Positions 24,983 through 32,000 of a stretch of 32,000 nt of DNA are shown here, in pieces. Source of the DNA: Geotalea uraniireducens Rf4 (GTDB lineage Bacteria; Desulfobacterota; Desulfuromonadia; Geobacterales; Geobacteraceae); the NCBI RefSeq assembly GCF_000016745.1, contig NC_009483.1:3660001-3692000 (forward strand), given 5' to 3'. The translations under genes were made by a program, and so were the position numbers. A model generated the notes under the pieces. The model did not search any database, had not been told where the DNA came from, and saw only the letters and a list, made by a program, of their open reading frames with translations. Position 1 is the stretch's first letter, and each line of letters opens with the position of its first letter.

Positions 24983-25864
24983 ATGGACGTGCTGGTTTGT
25001 GATCTAGGCTTTTCATCGGCAACGTGGATCTACGGCGGGCGCAAAGGAAGGATAATTTCCGCCTTCAGCTACAACGGCGAGAATCTGCTGATAGGGGAAG
25101 AGGCGCTGTTGTCATCCGGTTCTTCTTACCTGAAAACGATGGAGGAACTGGGAAGGTATTACCCGGTCTTCATCGAACACTGCCAAAAGGTGGCGGCGAC
25201 CGGGGGAGACTTACTCCTTGCGGTCGGGCTTCCTTATTCCTATTGGCAAGAGCAGAACAAACCCGGCGGAGCGGTTCCCGCACTGGCGAAGTCTTTGACC
25301 TGCGGCGCGATCAAGGAAGTCGCAATATTTCCCCAGGGTCTCGGCGGTATCAGGGACTATCTGGACAAGTTGGATGAGCGTCCAACTGGGAACGTGCTCG
25401 GCATCGACATCGGATTCAACACCATCATCTTCACATTGTTCTCACCACAGCGGAAACAGATCATCTATGGCAAGACCCTCAACAAGCGCGGGGTGCATCA
25501 GATGGCAACGGGTTTCCTTCTCCCACGCATCAAGAGCCTTGCCCCATCAGGAACCTTCACGCCGGTCGAGATAGCGTTCCTGATCGAGAAGGGTTATCTC
25601 CAATATGGCTTCGAGCGGCATGATGTCACCAAAGAGATCCACGAAGCCGGCATCGCTTACATTGAGCATATCATCAGGGATGTTCAGGGGGAATTGCAGG
25701 CACACGTAGGAATGCATGCGGATTTTGATCGAGTGCTGCTGTTTGGTGGTGGCGCCGCCCTGCTCAAGGATGAATTCCCGGCCAAGAATATCGAGGTCGT
25801 TATACTTCCCGAGCCTGAATTTGCCAATGCCAGGGGCTTCCTATCGCTTGCCGGCGGAAAGTGA
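24983..25864 (+). CDS. ParM/StbA-like actin-fold ATPase
   Basis: AAGGAGGAGG RBS before ATG 24983; the longer track ORF start looks spurious. Phosphate-1 is VCDLGFSS, phosphate-2 is GIDIGFNT, and the adenosine motif is VLLFGGGAALL. Confidence 0.75.
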   Translation: MDVLVCDLGFSSATWIYGGRKGRIISAFSYNGENLLIGEEALLSSGSSYLKTMEELGRYYPVFIEHCQKVAATGGDLLLAVGLPYSYWQEQNKPGGAVPALAKSLTCGAIKEVAIFPQGLGGIRDYLDKLDERPTGNVLGIDIGFNTIIFTLFSPQRKQIIYGKTLNKRGVHQMATGFLLPRIKSLAPSGTFTPVEIAFLIEKGYLQYGFERHDVTKEIHEAGIAYIEHIIRDVQGELQAHVGMHADFDRVLLFGGGAALLKDEFPAKNIEVVILPEPEFANARGFLSLAGGK

Positions 25865-25871
25865 GCTTGCC

Positions 25872-26186
25872 ATGCCACAGTACACGATCAAGCTGAACAC
25901 CTATGATCCGGCCATAGTCGAAGCATTCGAGCGGTTACGCAAAAGCCGAAAGCAGGCTGCATTCACCCATGAAGCGCTTAAGTATTTCCTCGCATCGGAG
26001 AAGGGCGTACAGGTGATCGGCCTCATGAGCCGTGACCAGTTGCCCTCGTTGCGTCCCGCTCATGACGTCATTAAGGTTGAATTATCCCAGAATCCCGTTC
26101 CCGCGGCACAGACCGTTTCCACAGCGCCATCCCCTGATTTGTCCAAAGACTACTGTTGTGACGTCATGGAAAAAATCCTGAAATGA
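25872..26186 (+). CDS. Small ParR-like protein (predicted N-terminal ribbon-helix-helix) coupled to the ParM-like gene
   Basis: The ATG lies 7 nt after the parM-like stop. The N-terminus YTIKLNTYDPAIVEAFERLRKSRKQAAFTHEALKYFLASEKG fits a strand-helix-helix pattern, and the tail is low complexity. The fold assignment is by eye only. Confidence 0.5.
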   Translation: MPQYTIKLNTYDPAIVEAFERLRKSRKQAAFTHEALKYFLASEKGVQVIGLMSRDQLPSLRPAHDVIKVELSQNPVPAAQTVSTAPSPDLSKDYCCDVMEKILK

Positions 26187-26587
26187 GGAAGATCATCTCA
26201 GGACAGTAGGTTGACCATAAACCAAGTCCCCTAATTCAAACCGGGTTAGGGGGCCTCGATTATGTTGGGAGTCTATTGACTGAAAAACGGGCGTGGATTT
26301 GAAGTAGGAGAAACTGATGCTCCCCATTTTGCTCCCTAAAAAGGATTTCCAAAACGGACACCGAAACGCATCCGAAAATGTACCAAATCGGAAGCGGAGC
26401 AGCCGTGAATTTCTCTATATACATTTGAGCCTCTTGCAAAAGTCCTGACCAGAAATGCATGAGGCTAGCGAGGAGGTCACCTTGACCTCAGTTTTTGAAA
26501 TAAAGCCAACGCAGGGCAGCTAGTAGCGCCGTTTTTCTAAATCTGGCCGCACTACTCCCTCTGGATGGGTTTTTGGGTCTTTGACAA

Positions 26588-27072
26588 TCAGCAACCAGTT
26601 ACTTTGAGCAGCTGATCCGCAAACAGAGCGAGCATACCGAACATCAGGTGCATCATGACCTTGTGCGGTCCGCGAACCATGACGCTTCGGCCACCGAAGT
26701 CTTCCTTGAGACGGCTATTGCATCGTTCCGAAGCAGTCCGTTCGTTATAACGCTTCGCTTCGTGCGGAGCCATGGGAACGACCTCTTTACGCCGCGGATT
26801 ACGGTCAATAATTGGCACGTGCCCGAGTTCTCTGCTTTGCCACAGCTATCGAGCCAACCTTGTTTCGTGCTATCCTGCACTCTTCTGGACTGTTCTTCTT
26901 CGTCTCCTCGCCCGCGCTGCCACCCGCTCCGCTGCCAAACGTGTATCTCTGGGCTTGTCAACGAGCTGCACGTAAAGCCAGTGCCCCGGCGGGGAAGGTC
27001 GCCGAAGAAGACGGCGGCAGCGGTCTTGAGGTCACCGTGGATGTCTAGCAACCTCTTCATACCCCCCTCCAT
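26588..27072 (-). pseudogene. IS4/IS5-superfamily (DDE_Tnp_1-type) transposase C-terminal remnant with a frameshift
   Basis: HVPIIDRNPRRKEVV...KRYNERTASERCNSRLKEDFGGRSVMVRGPHKVMMHLMFGMLALFADQL is a typical C-terminus. The upstream part (..LDSCGKAENSG) is in another frame, and the N-terminal half is absent. Confidence 0.65.
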
Positions 27073-27204
27073 CCACTGTCAGCAGCTCGCTTTGAGTTGA
27101 TGGATTTTTAGGACCAAGACTCCCGAGGTTTCTCCGGGTCTTTGCATTATTCAATTCGTTGCGTTCAAGAATCCCAAAAAAGAGGCCACGCGAGAGGCCA
27201 CGCG

Positions 27205-27242
27205 TAAAGGAAAAGGGGTTAGCCTTGTATGGCTAACCCCTT
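27205..27242 (-). terminator. Rho-independent terminator downstream of tRNA-Gly
   Basis: 12-bp stem aaggggttagcc/ggctaacccctt with a 6-nt loop. TTTTCCTTT follows on the minus strand. Confidence 0.75.
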
Positions 27243-27250
27243 GAATTTCT

Positions 27251-27325
<75 letters not shown>

Positions 27326-27342
27326 TAAATCGAGTGCTATAT

Positions 27343-28695
27343 TTAGCCTATCGGCGCCTCTTTTGTCAACAGGTTTTTCGTGAGAAAGGCCTCTGCTTCT
27401 GCCTTGGTGCTTGCCATGCCGGTGCTTTCCGCTTCCCGCAAACGTTCCATTGCCTCTCCAACTGCCGGTCCCGGCCCGCAACCGAGGAGGCGCATTACTT
27501 CCGAGCCGGAAAGGAGCAGGTCTGCTCCTTCCGCCACATAACCGCTGAAGTAGTAGGTGATGAGCCTGGCGCAGAGCTCAATTGCAGCCGCCCCGCCGGC
27601 CAGGGCGATAATTATGAGCCCGGGACCGGCCGGTTCGGAATCTCTGAAAAAGCGGTACATGGCCCGGTCGGAGAGCTTTTCCGGGGTCATGGCGGACAGG
27701 GAGGCGCCATCGCTTGCCGAGCTTCGGAGGATGCGGCGCGACCGGTTGCCCAGCCGCAGTTTCCCGGCAACGACCTCTAGCGCCCCTGGAGCAGCCTTGC
27801 TGTCGATCAATGCTGCCAGCTTCACGAGGGACAAGATGCTGATCCCCGCTTCCACCTCACGACGGAGATGCTGCAAGAGCTGTTCATTTCCAGCGGGGAA
27901 ATAATCGGCCGGTTCTGCAATGATCCGCTCTACCCGTCCGGCGACGGCAATGCGGTGTTCAACGGAAGATCGGCGTTCTTCGGCTGTCGGCAGGCTGCCT
28001 GCGCCGAACATGACAAGGGGGACAATCTGCCCCAGCAGGCCGGAGTCTAGCAGCGCGTTCAGCGACGTCTCGATTCCGGGCGCAGCCAGGATCTGGAACA
28101 GTTCGTCCCTGACCCGTTCCCCTGCCACGCGTTCCAGGAGGGCCGATTCCATGGTGATGGTCTGCCGGGATGCTTCGTCGATGGCAAAGCCGAGAGTTGC
28201 CGCAAAGCGAACGGCGCGCAGGAGGCGCAGCGGGTCGTCGCTGAAAGATGCCGGGGAACAGGCGCGGATGATGCCTTTCTGCAGATCGGAAAAGCCGCCG
28301 GTCGGATCAATGAGAGCATACTTGCCTCCCGCAAGAGGCAACGCCAGCGCATTGATGGTAAAATCGCGCTGCGACAGGTCTTCTTCGATGGTTTCCCCCC
28401 GCTGCGGGGCAAAATCGAACGTAAGGACACCGTCCCCGCCTTTTCGCACCACCCTCCCCTGAAGCCTTTCCTCATCCAGCCAGAAAAAACTCCCGCCGAT
28501 GCTTTTGGCAAACCGCCGAGGCAGTTCCGCACATGCTCCGGTCAGGGCAAAATCGAGGTCCTTCAGCCTTCTTCCAAGGAGAAGATCTCGCACCCCTCCT
28601 CCGACCAGGTAAGCCTTTACGGCAAATTCCCCGGCCAATCCGCCGATTATCCGCACGTTTTCATCTGCGGCTATTTTCTCCAGGTCGGTTATCAT
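27343..28695 (-). CDS. tRNA nucleotidyltransferase / poly(A) polymerase family protein (CCA-adding enzyme family)
   Basis: 450 aa. The head-domain motif is YLVGGGVRDLLLGRRLKDLDFAL, followed by RDFTINALA and DPLRLLRAVRFAATLGF. It ends 17 nt before the tRNA gene. Confidence 0.85.
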   Translation of the reverse strand: MITDLEKIAADENVRIIGGLAGEFAVKAYLVGGGVRDLLLGRRLKDLDFALTGACAELPRRFAKSIGGSFFWLDEERLQGRVVRKGGDGVLTFDFAPQRGETIEEDLSQRDFTINALALPLAGGKYALIDPTGGFSDLQKGIIRACSPASFSDDPLRLLRAVRFAATLGFAIDEASRQTITMESALLERVAGERVRDELFQILAAPGIETSLNALLDSGLLGQIVPLVMFGAGSLPTAEERRSSVEHRIAVAGRVERIIAEPADYFPAGNEQLLQHLRREVEAGISILSLVKLAALIDSKAAPGALEVVAGKLRLGNRSRRILRSSASDGASLSAMTPEKLSDRAMYRFFRDSEPAGPGLIIIALAGGAAAIELCARLITYYFSGYVAEGADLLLSGSEVMRLLGCGPGPAVGEAMERLREAESTGMASTKAEAEAFLTKNLLTKEAPIG

Positions 28696-28732
28696 ATTGA
28701 CTCAAGTTTACCGAAGCAGATGCCTCTCGGCA

Positions 28733-28762
28733 ACAAAAAAGCCCGCACATGGCGGGCTTTTT
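28733..28762 (-). terminator. Rho-independent terminator after flgM (bidirectional-looking)
   Basis: The gcccgc-acatg-gcgggc stem is flanked by an A-run and a T-run. The minus-strand transcript ends in TTTTTTGTT. Confidence 0.75.
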
Positions 28763-28791
28763 CAGCGGGATAAAACCGGCAACAACTTAAA

Positions 28792-29109
28792 CTAGCGATC
28801 GTTTTCTTTCGACAGCGCAGCCAGCATCTTTTCAGCCACATCCTTGCTGCTTACCTGGTAGGCGCCTGCCTCGATCTTCGATTTCAGTTCATTAACCTTG
28901 TCGGCACTGAAATCGGAGGCGCCCTTCAGGGTGTTGCTGGTTTTGTTGAAACGCTCTGCACTTTGGGATATGTTCACCTTGTCGACGCTTTTAAGGGACT
29001 TTGACGCGGGTTCGGCACCCTTGGCGTCCCCCTCGACTGCATGTTGCTCTACCCTCTGAAGCCTGGAAAGTTCTACCACCACTGACTGGCTATTATCGTC
29101 TATTTTCAT
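28792..29109 (-). CDS. flgM: Anti-sigma-28 factor FlgM
   Basis: The C-terminal signature is KVNELKSKIEAGAYQVSSKDVAEKML. A GGAGG RBS lies 9 nt before ATG 29109; the longer track ORF start at 29136 lacks an RBS. Confidence 0.8.
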   Translation of the reverse strand: MKIDDNSQSVVVELSRLQRVEQHAVEGDAKGAEPASKSLKSVDKVNISQSAERFNKTSNTLKGASDFSADKVNELKSKIEAGAYQVSSKDVAEKMLAALSKENDR

Positions 29110-29145
29110 TTGGATATACCTCCAACAGGAATACAATCTAATTTC

Positions 29146-29172
29146 ATATCGGCGCCTGCAGAAAAAACTTTA
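29146..29172 (-). promoter_or_regulatory. Sigma-28 (FliA)-type promoter upstream of flgM
   Basis: The minus strand reads TAAA-N15-GCCGATAT against the consensus TAAA-N15-GCCGATAA. It lies ~37 nt upstream of the flgM ATG. Confidence 0.65.
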
Positions 29173-29201
29173 GGAAAAAATCACATCGGAAGAAATTTTT
29201 T

Positions 29202-29846
29202 TCAGATGGGGAGTTCCAGCAACCCGGGAAGCGCATTTATCCGGTAGTCCGCCCCGATAATATCACCCTCATCTCCATAGCCGTAACTGCATCCGACCGT
29301 CGTTACCCCTGCACCTTTGCCGGCGGCGATGTCGTTGATGCTGTCTCCCACCATCAAGGCCTCGTCGGCCGAGATGCTGAAATCGGCCAGCAGCTTCAGA
29401 ACCGGGGCAGGCGACGGTTTGCGAAACGGCAGCGAATCTGCGCCGAGTACGGCTGCGAAATATCCGTCTACACCGAGTACGGCCAGGAGCTTTTGGCAGA
29501 GAGCAACGTTTTTGTTGGAAATGACGGCCAGCAGTTTTCCCCGCTTCTTCAGCTCGTCGAGGGCTTCCTTTACCCCCGGATAGAGCCTGGTTTTATCGGC
29601 AATATGCGTGTTATTATAAGCGAGAAAGATACGCAATCCTTCTTCGATTTCATCCTCTGAAGCCCCCGGCAATGCACGTTCGAGCAGCTTCCGCGCACCC
29701 TCACCAACCAGCTTCCGCACATGCTCCGCAGTTAAATCCGCCATGTTGAAGTGACGGCGCACCTGGTTGGTCGCATCGGTCAGGTCAGCCAGGGAATCGG
29801 AAAGGGTCCCGTCCAGGTCGAAAATGATCAACTTGATTGTCTGCAT
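29202..29846 (-). CDS. gph: HAD-superfamily phosphatase, phosphoglycolate phosphatase-like
   Basis: Motifs IIFDLDGTLSDS, VISNK and GDSINDIAAGKGAG. ATG 29846 is preferred over 29909, which would overlap guaA. Confidence 0.7.
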   Translation of the reverse strand: MQTIKLIIFDLDGTLSDSLADLTDATNQVRRHFNMADLTAEHVRKLVGEGARKLLERALPGASEDEIEEGLRIFLAYNNTHIADKTRLYPGVKEALDELKKRGKLLAVISNKNVALCQKLLAVLGVDGYFAAVLGADSLPFRKPSPAPVLKLLADFSISADEALMVGDSINDIAAGKGAGVTTVGCSYGYGDEGDIIGADYRINALPGLLELPI

Positions 29847-29899
29847 ACAAAACCTTCTGCCTTTCTTATAAAAAAAGGGCGCATGCAGCGCCCCTTCGT

Positions 29900-31450
29900 C
29901 TATTCCCATTCTATGGTCGCGGGCGGTTTCTGGCTGATATCGTAGACGACCCGGTTGACCCCTTTGACCTCGTTGATGATCCGCGAAGAAATGCTTCCCA
30001 ACAACTCGTAAGGCAATTTTACCCAGTCGGCGGTCATGCCGTCAAGGGAATTGACCGCCCTCAGGGCCACGGTGTTTTCGTAGGTTCGGGCATCTCCCAT
30101 GACGCCGACGGTCTTCACCGGCAACAGCACGGCAAAGGATTGCCAGATTTCCCGGTAGAGCCCTGCTTTTCTGATCTCGTCGATAACGATGGCATCCGCC
30201 TCGCGCAGGATATCGAGATTCTCCCTGGAAAGTTCGCCGATACAGCGAATAGCCAACCCCGGGCCTGGAAACGGCTGACGGTAGATGACCTCGTCCGGCA
30301 TCCCCAGTTCCTTCCCCAGGAGGCGAACTTCGTCTTTGAACAGTTCGCGGACCGGCTCCAGGAGTTTCAGATTCATCTTCTCCGGCAGACCGCCCACGTT
30401 GTGATGGCTCTTGATGACCGCTGACGGCCCCTTGGTGGAGACCGATTCGATGACGTCGGGATAGAGAGTCCCTTGGGCCAGGTAGTCGACCTTGCCGATC
30501 TTTTTCGCCTCTTCCTCGAACAGGTAAATGAACTCATTGCCGATGATCTTCCGTTTTGTTTCCGGATCGGAAACGCCGCTCAGTTTTTCCAGGAAACGAT
30601 CGCTGGCGTCCACATAATCGAGGTTGATGCGGAAATGCTTGCTGAACAGGTTGACGACTTTCTCTGCTTCACCTTTGCGGAGCAGGCCGTTGTTGACAAA
30701 GACGCAATGGAGCTGGTCGCCTATCGCCTTGTGAATGAGGACCGCCACGACCGAAGAATCGACGCCGCCGGAAAGTGCGCAGAGAACCCTGCCGGTCCCC
30801 ACCTTGCGGCGGATGGACTCGATCTCTGTTTCGATGAAGTTGGCCATGGTCCAGGTGGGTTCACAACCGCAGATATTGAAGAGGAAGTTGCCGAACATCT
30901 CGTCGCCGCGCGGGGTGTGCACCACCTCCGGGTGGAACTGGACGCCGTAGAAATGCCGCTTCTCGTCCTTCATTGCCGCAACAGGGCAATGCTCGGTATG
31001 GGCGATCACCTGGAAACCGGCCGGCATCTCCTCGATCCGGTCGCCGTGGGACATCCAGACATCCGCAGCTCCGTCGAAACCAGCGAACAGGTCGCTCACA
31101 TCGTCAAGCTGCAAGGAAGAACCGCCGAATTCGCGCTTGTCCGAGCGCTCAACCTTTCCCCCGAGCTGCTGGGTCATCAGCTGCATGCCGTAGCAGATGC
31201 CCAGCACGGGAAGCCCCAGGTCAAACACACCGAGATCGGAGTGGGGCGCATCCTTATCGTAAACGCTGGAAGGACCGCCGGAAAGAATGATCCCCTTCGG
31301 GGCGAACTCCTTGATTTTCTCAAAACTCATGGAGTAAGGATGAATTTCGCAGTATATGCTCTGCTCCCTGACCCGCCGGGCAATCAACTGGGTCACCTGG
31401 GAGCCGAAATCAAGGATGAGAATTTTTTCGGAGTGTATGTCGGTAGTCAT
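29900..31450 (-). CDS. guaA: GMP synthase (glutamine-hydrolysing)
   Basis: The GATase domain is [20 protein letters not shown]...GICYGMQL. The ATP-PPase motif is [10 protein letters not shown]. The conserved C-terminus is [13 protein letters not shown] 31450 has an AGGA RBS. Confidence 0.95.
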   Translation of the reverse strand: MTTDIHSEKILILDFGSQVTQLIARRVREQSIYCEIHPYSMSFEKIKEFAPKGIILSGGPSSVYDKDAPHSDLGVFDLGLPVLGICYGMQLMTQQLGGKVERSDKREFGGSSLQLDDVSDLFAGFDGAADVWMSHGDRIEEMPAGFQVIAHTEHCPVAAMKDEKRHFYGVQFHPEVVHTPRGDEMFGNFLFNICGCEPTWTMANFIETEIESIRRKVGTGRVLCALSGGVDSSVVAVLIHKAIGDQLHCVFVNNGLLRKGEAEKVVNLFSKHFRINLDYVDASDRFLEKLSGVSDPETKRKIIGNEFIYLFEEEAKKIGKVDYLAQGTLYPDVIESVSTKGPSAVIKSHHNVGGLPEKMNLKLLEPVRELFKDEVRLLGKELGMPDEVIYRQPFPGPGLAIRCIGELSRENLDILREADAIVIDEIRKAGLYREIWQSFAVLLPVKTVGVMGDARTYENTVALRAVNSLDGMTADWVKLPYELLGSISSRIINEVKGVNRVVYDISQKPPATIEWE

Positions 31451-31542
31451 ATATATCCTTTCAAATTTCAAACGAATTTGTAAAAAGTTCCATATGCAAG
31501 GCTTGCGAGCATAACGCCGCAGATGGACTTTTTTCGAATTCG

Positions 31543-32000
<458 letters not shown>

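Noticed and set aside
26317-26448. 43-aa plus-strand ORF with AGGAG RBS, followed by a hairpin plus T-run (gaggtca-cct-tgacctc at 26474-26490)
   Set aside because: The RBS-plus-terminator context is suggestive. However, the peptide (MLPILLPKKDFQNGHRNASENVPNRKRSSREFLYIHLSLLQKS) has no recognisable features, and an equally long antisense ORF exists. The evidence is insufficient to call a gene.
26575-27144. 9-bp direct repeat gggtctttg at 26575-26583 and 27136-27144 flanking the IS4 remnant, considered as a target-site duplication
   Set aside because: The sequences just inside the two repeats show no inverted-repeat relationship. The enclosed transposase is a frameshifted fragment. Coincidence cannot be excluded without other copies.

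Overview
The window has two parts. Positions 27251-32000 look like conserved chromosomal backbone, all on the minus strand: tRNA-Gly(CCC), a CCA-adding/poly(A) polymerase family enzyme, flgM with a sigma-28-type promoter, a HAD phosphatase, guaA and the 3' part of guaB. This gene set gives a Geobacter-like deltaproteobacterial impression, which I could not verify. Positions 1-27250 are a mosaic accessory region that abuts the 3' end of the tRNA. It carries a trans-AT polyketide synthase locus. The megasynthase gene (KS-KR-ACP-KS..., no in-line AT) was missed by the ORF track because it runs off the window start. A separate minus-strand operon encodes a small Cys-containing protein, a PksB-like MBL hydrolase, an Sfp-type PPTase, a divergent AT-like protein and an AT-enoylreductase fusion. 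Between the two PKS parts lies visibly AT-rich DNA with a REC-AraC response regulator and an LpxD paralog / class V aminotransferase / rubredoxin operon (rubredoxin is also absent from the ORF track). A 42-nt noncoding block occurs twice (36/42 identical), once upstream of the PKS gene and once upstream of the LpxD-like operon. Further right are a convergent, 80-bp-overlapping LuxI/LuxR pair with a lux-box-like dyad, and a ParM/ParR-like partition pair. The region contains at least nine mobile-element pieces. These are IS256, an IS3 orfA remnant, an IS1634-like remnant, an integrase+IS91 unit, an IS5 remnant, a group II intron remnant, an IS1595, a truncated IS110 and an IS4 remnant. The IS1595 lies inside the group II intron remnant and is itself broken by a ~100-bp palindromic insertion. 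All calls rest on manual translation and motif recognition; no database search was possible.
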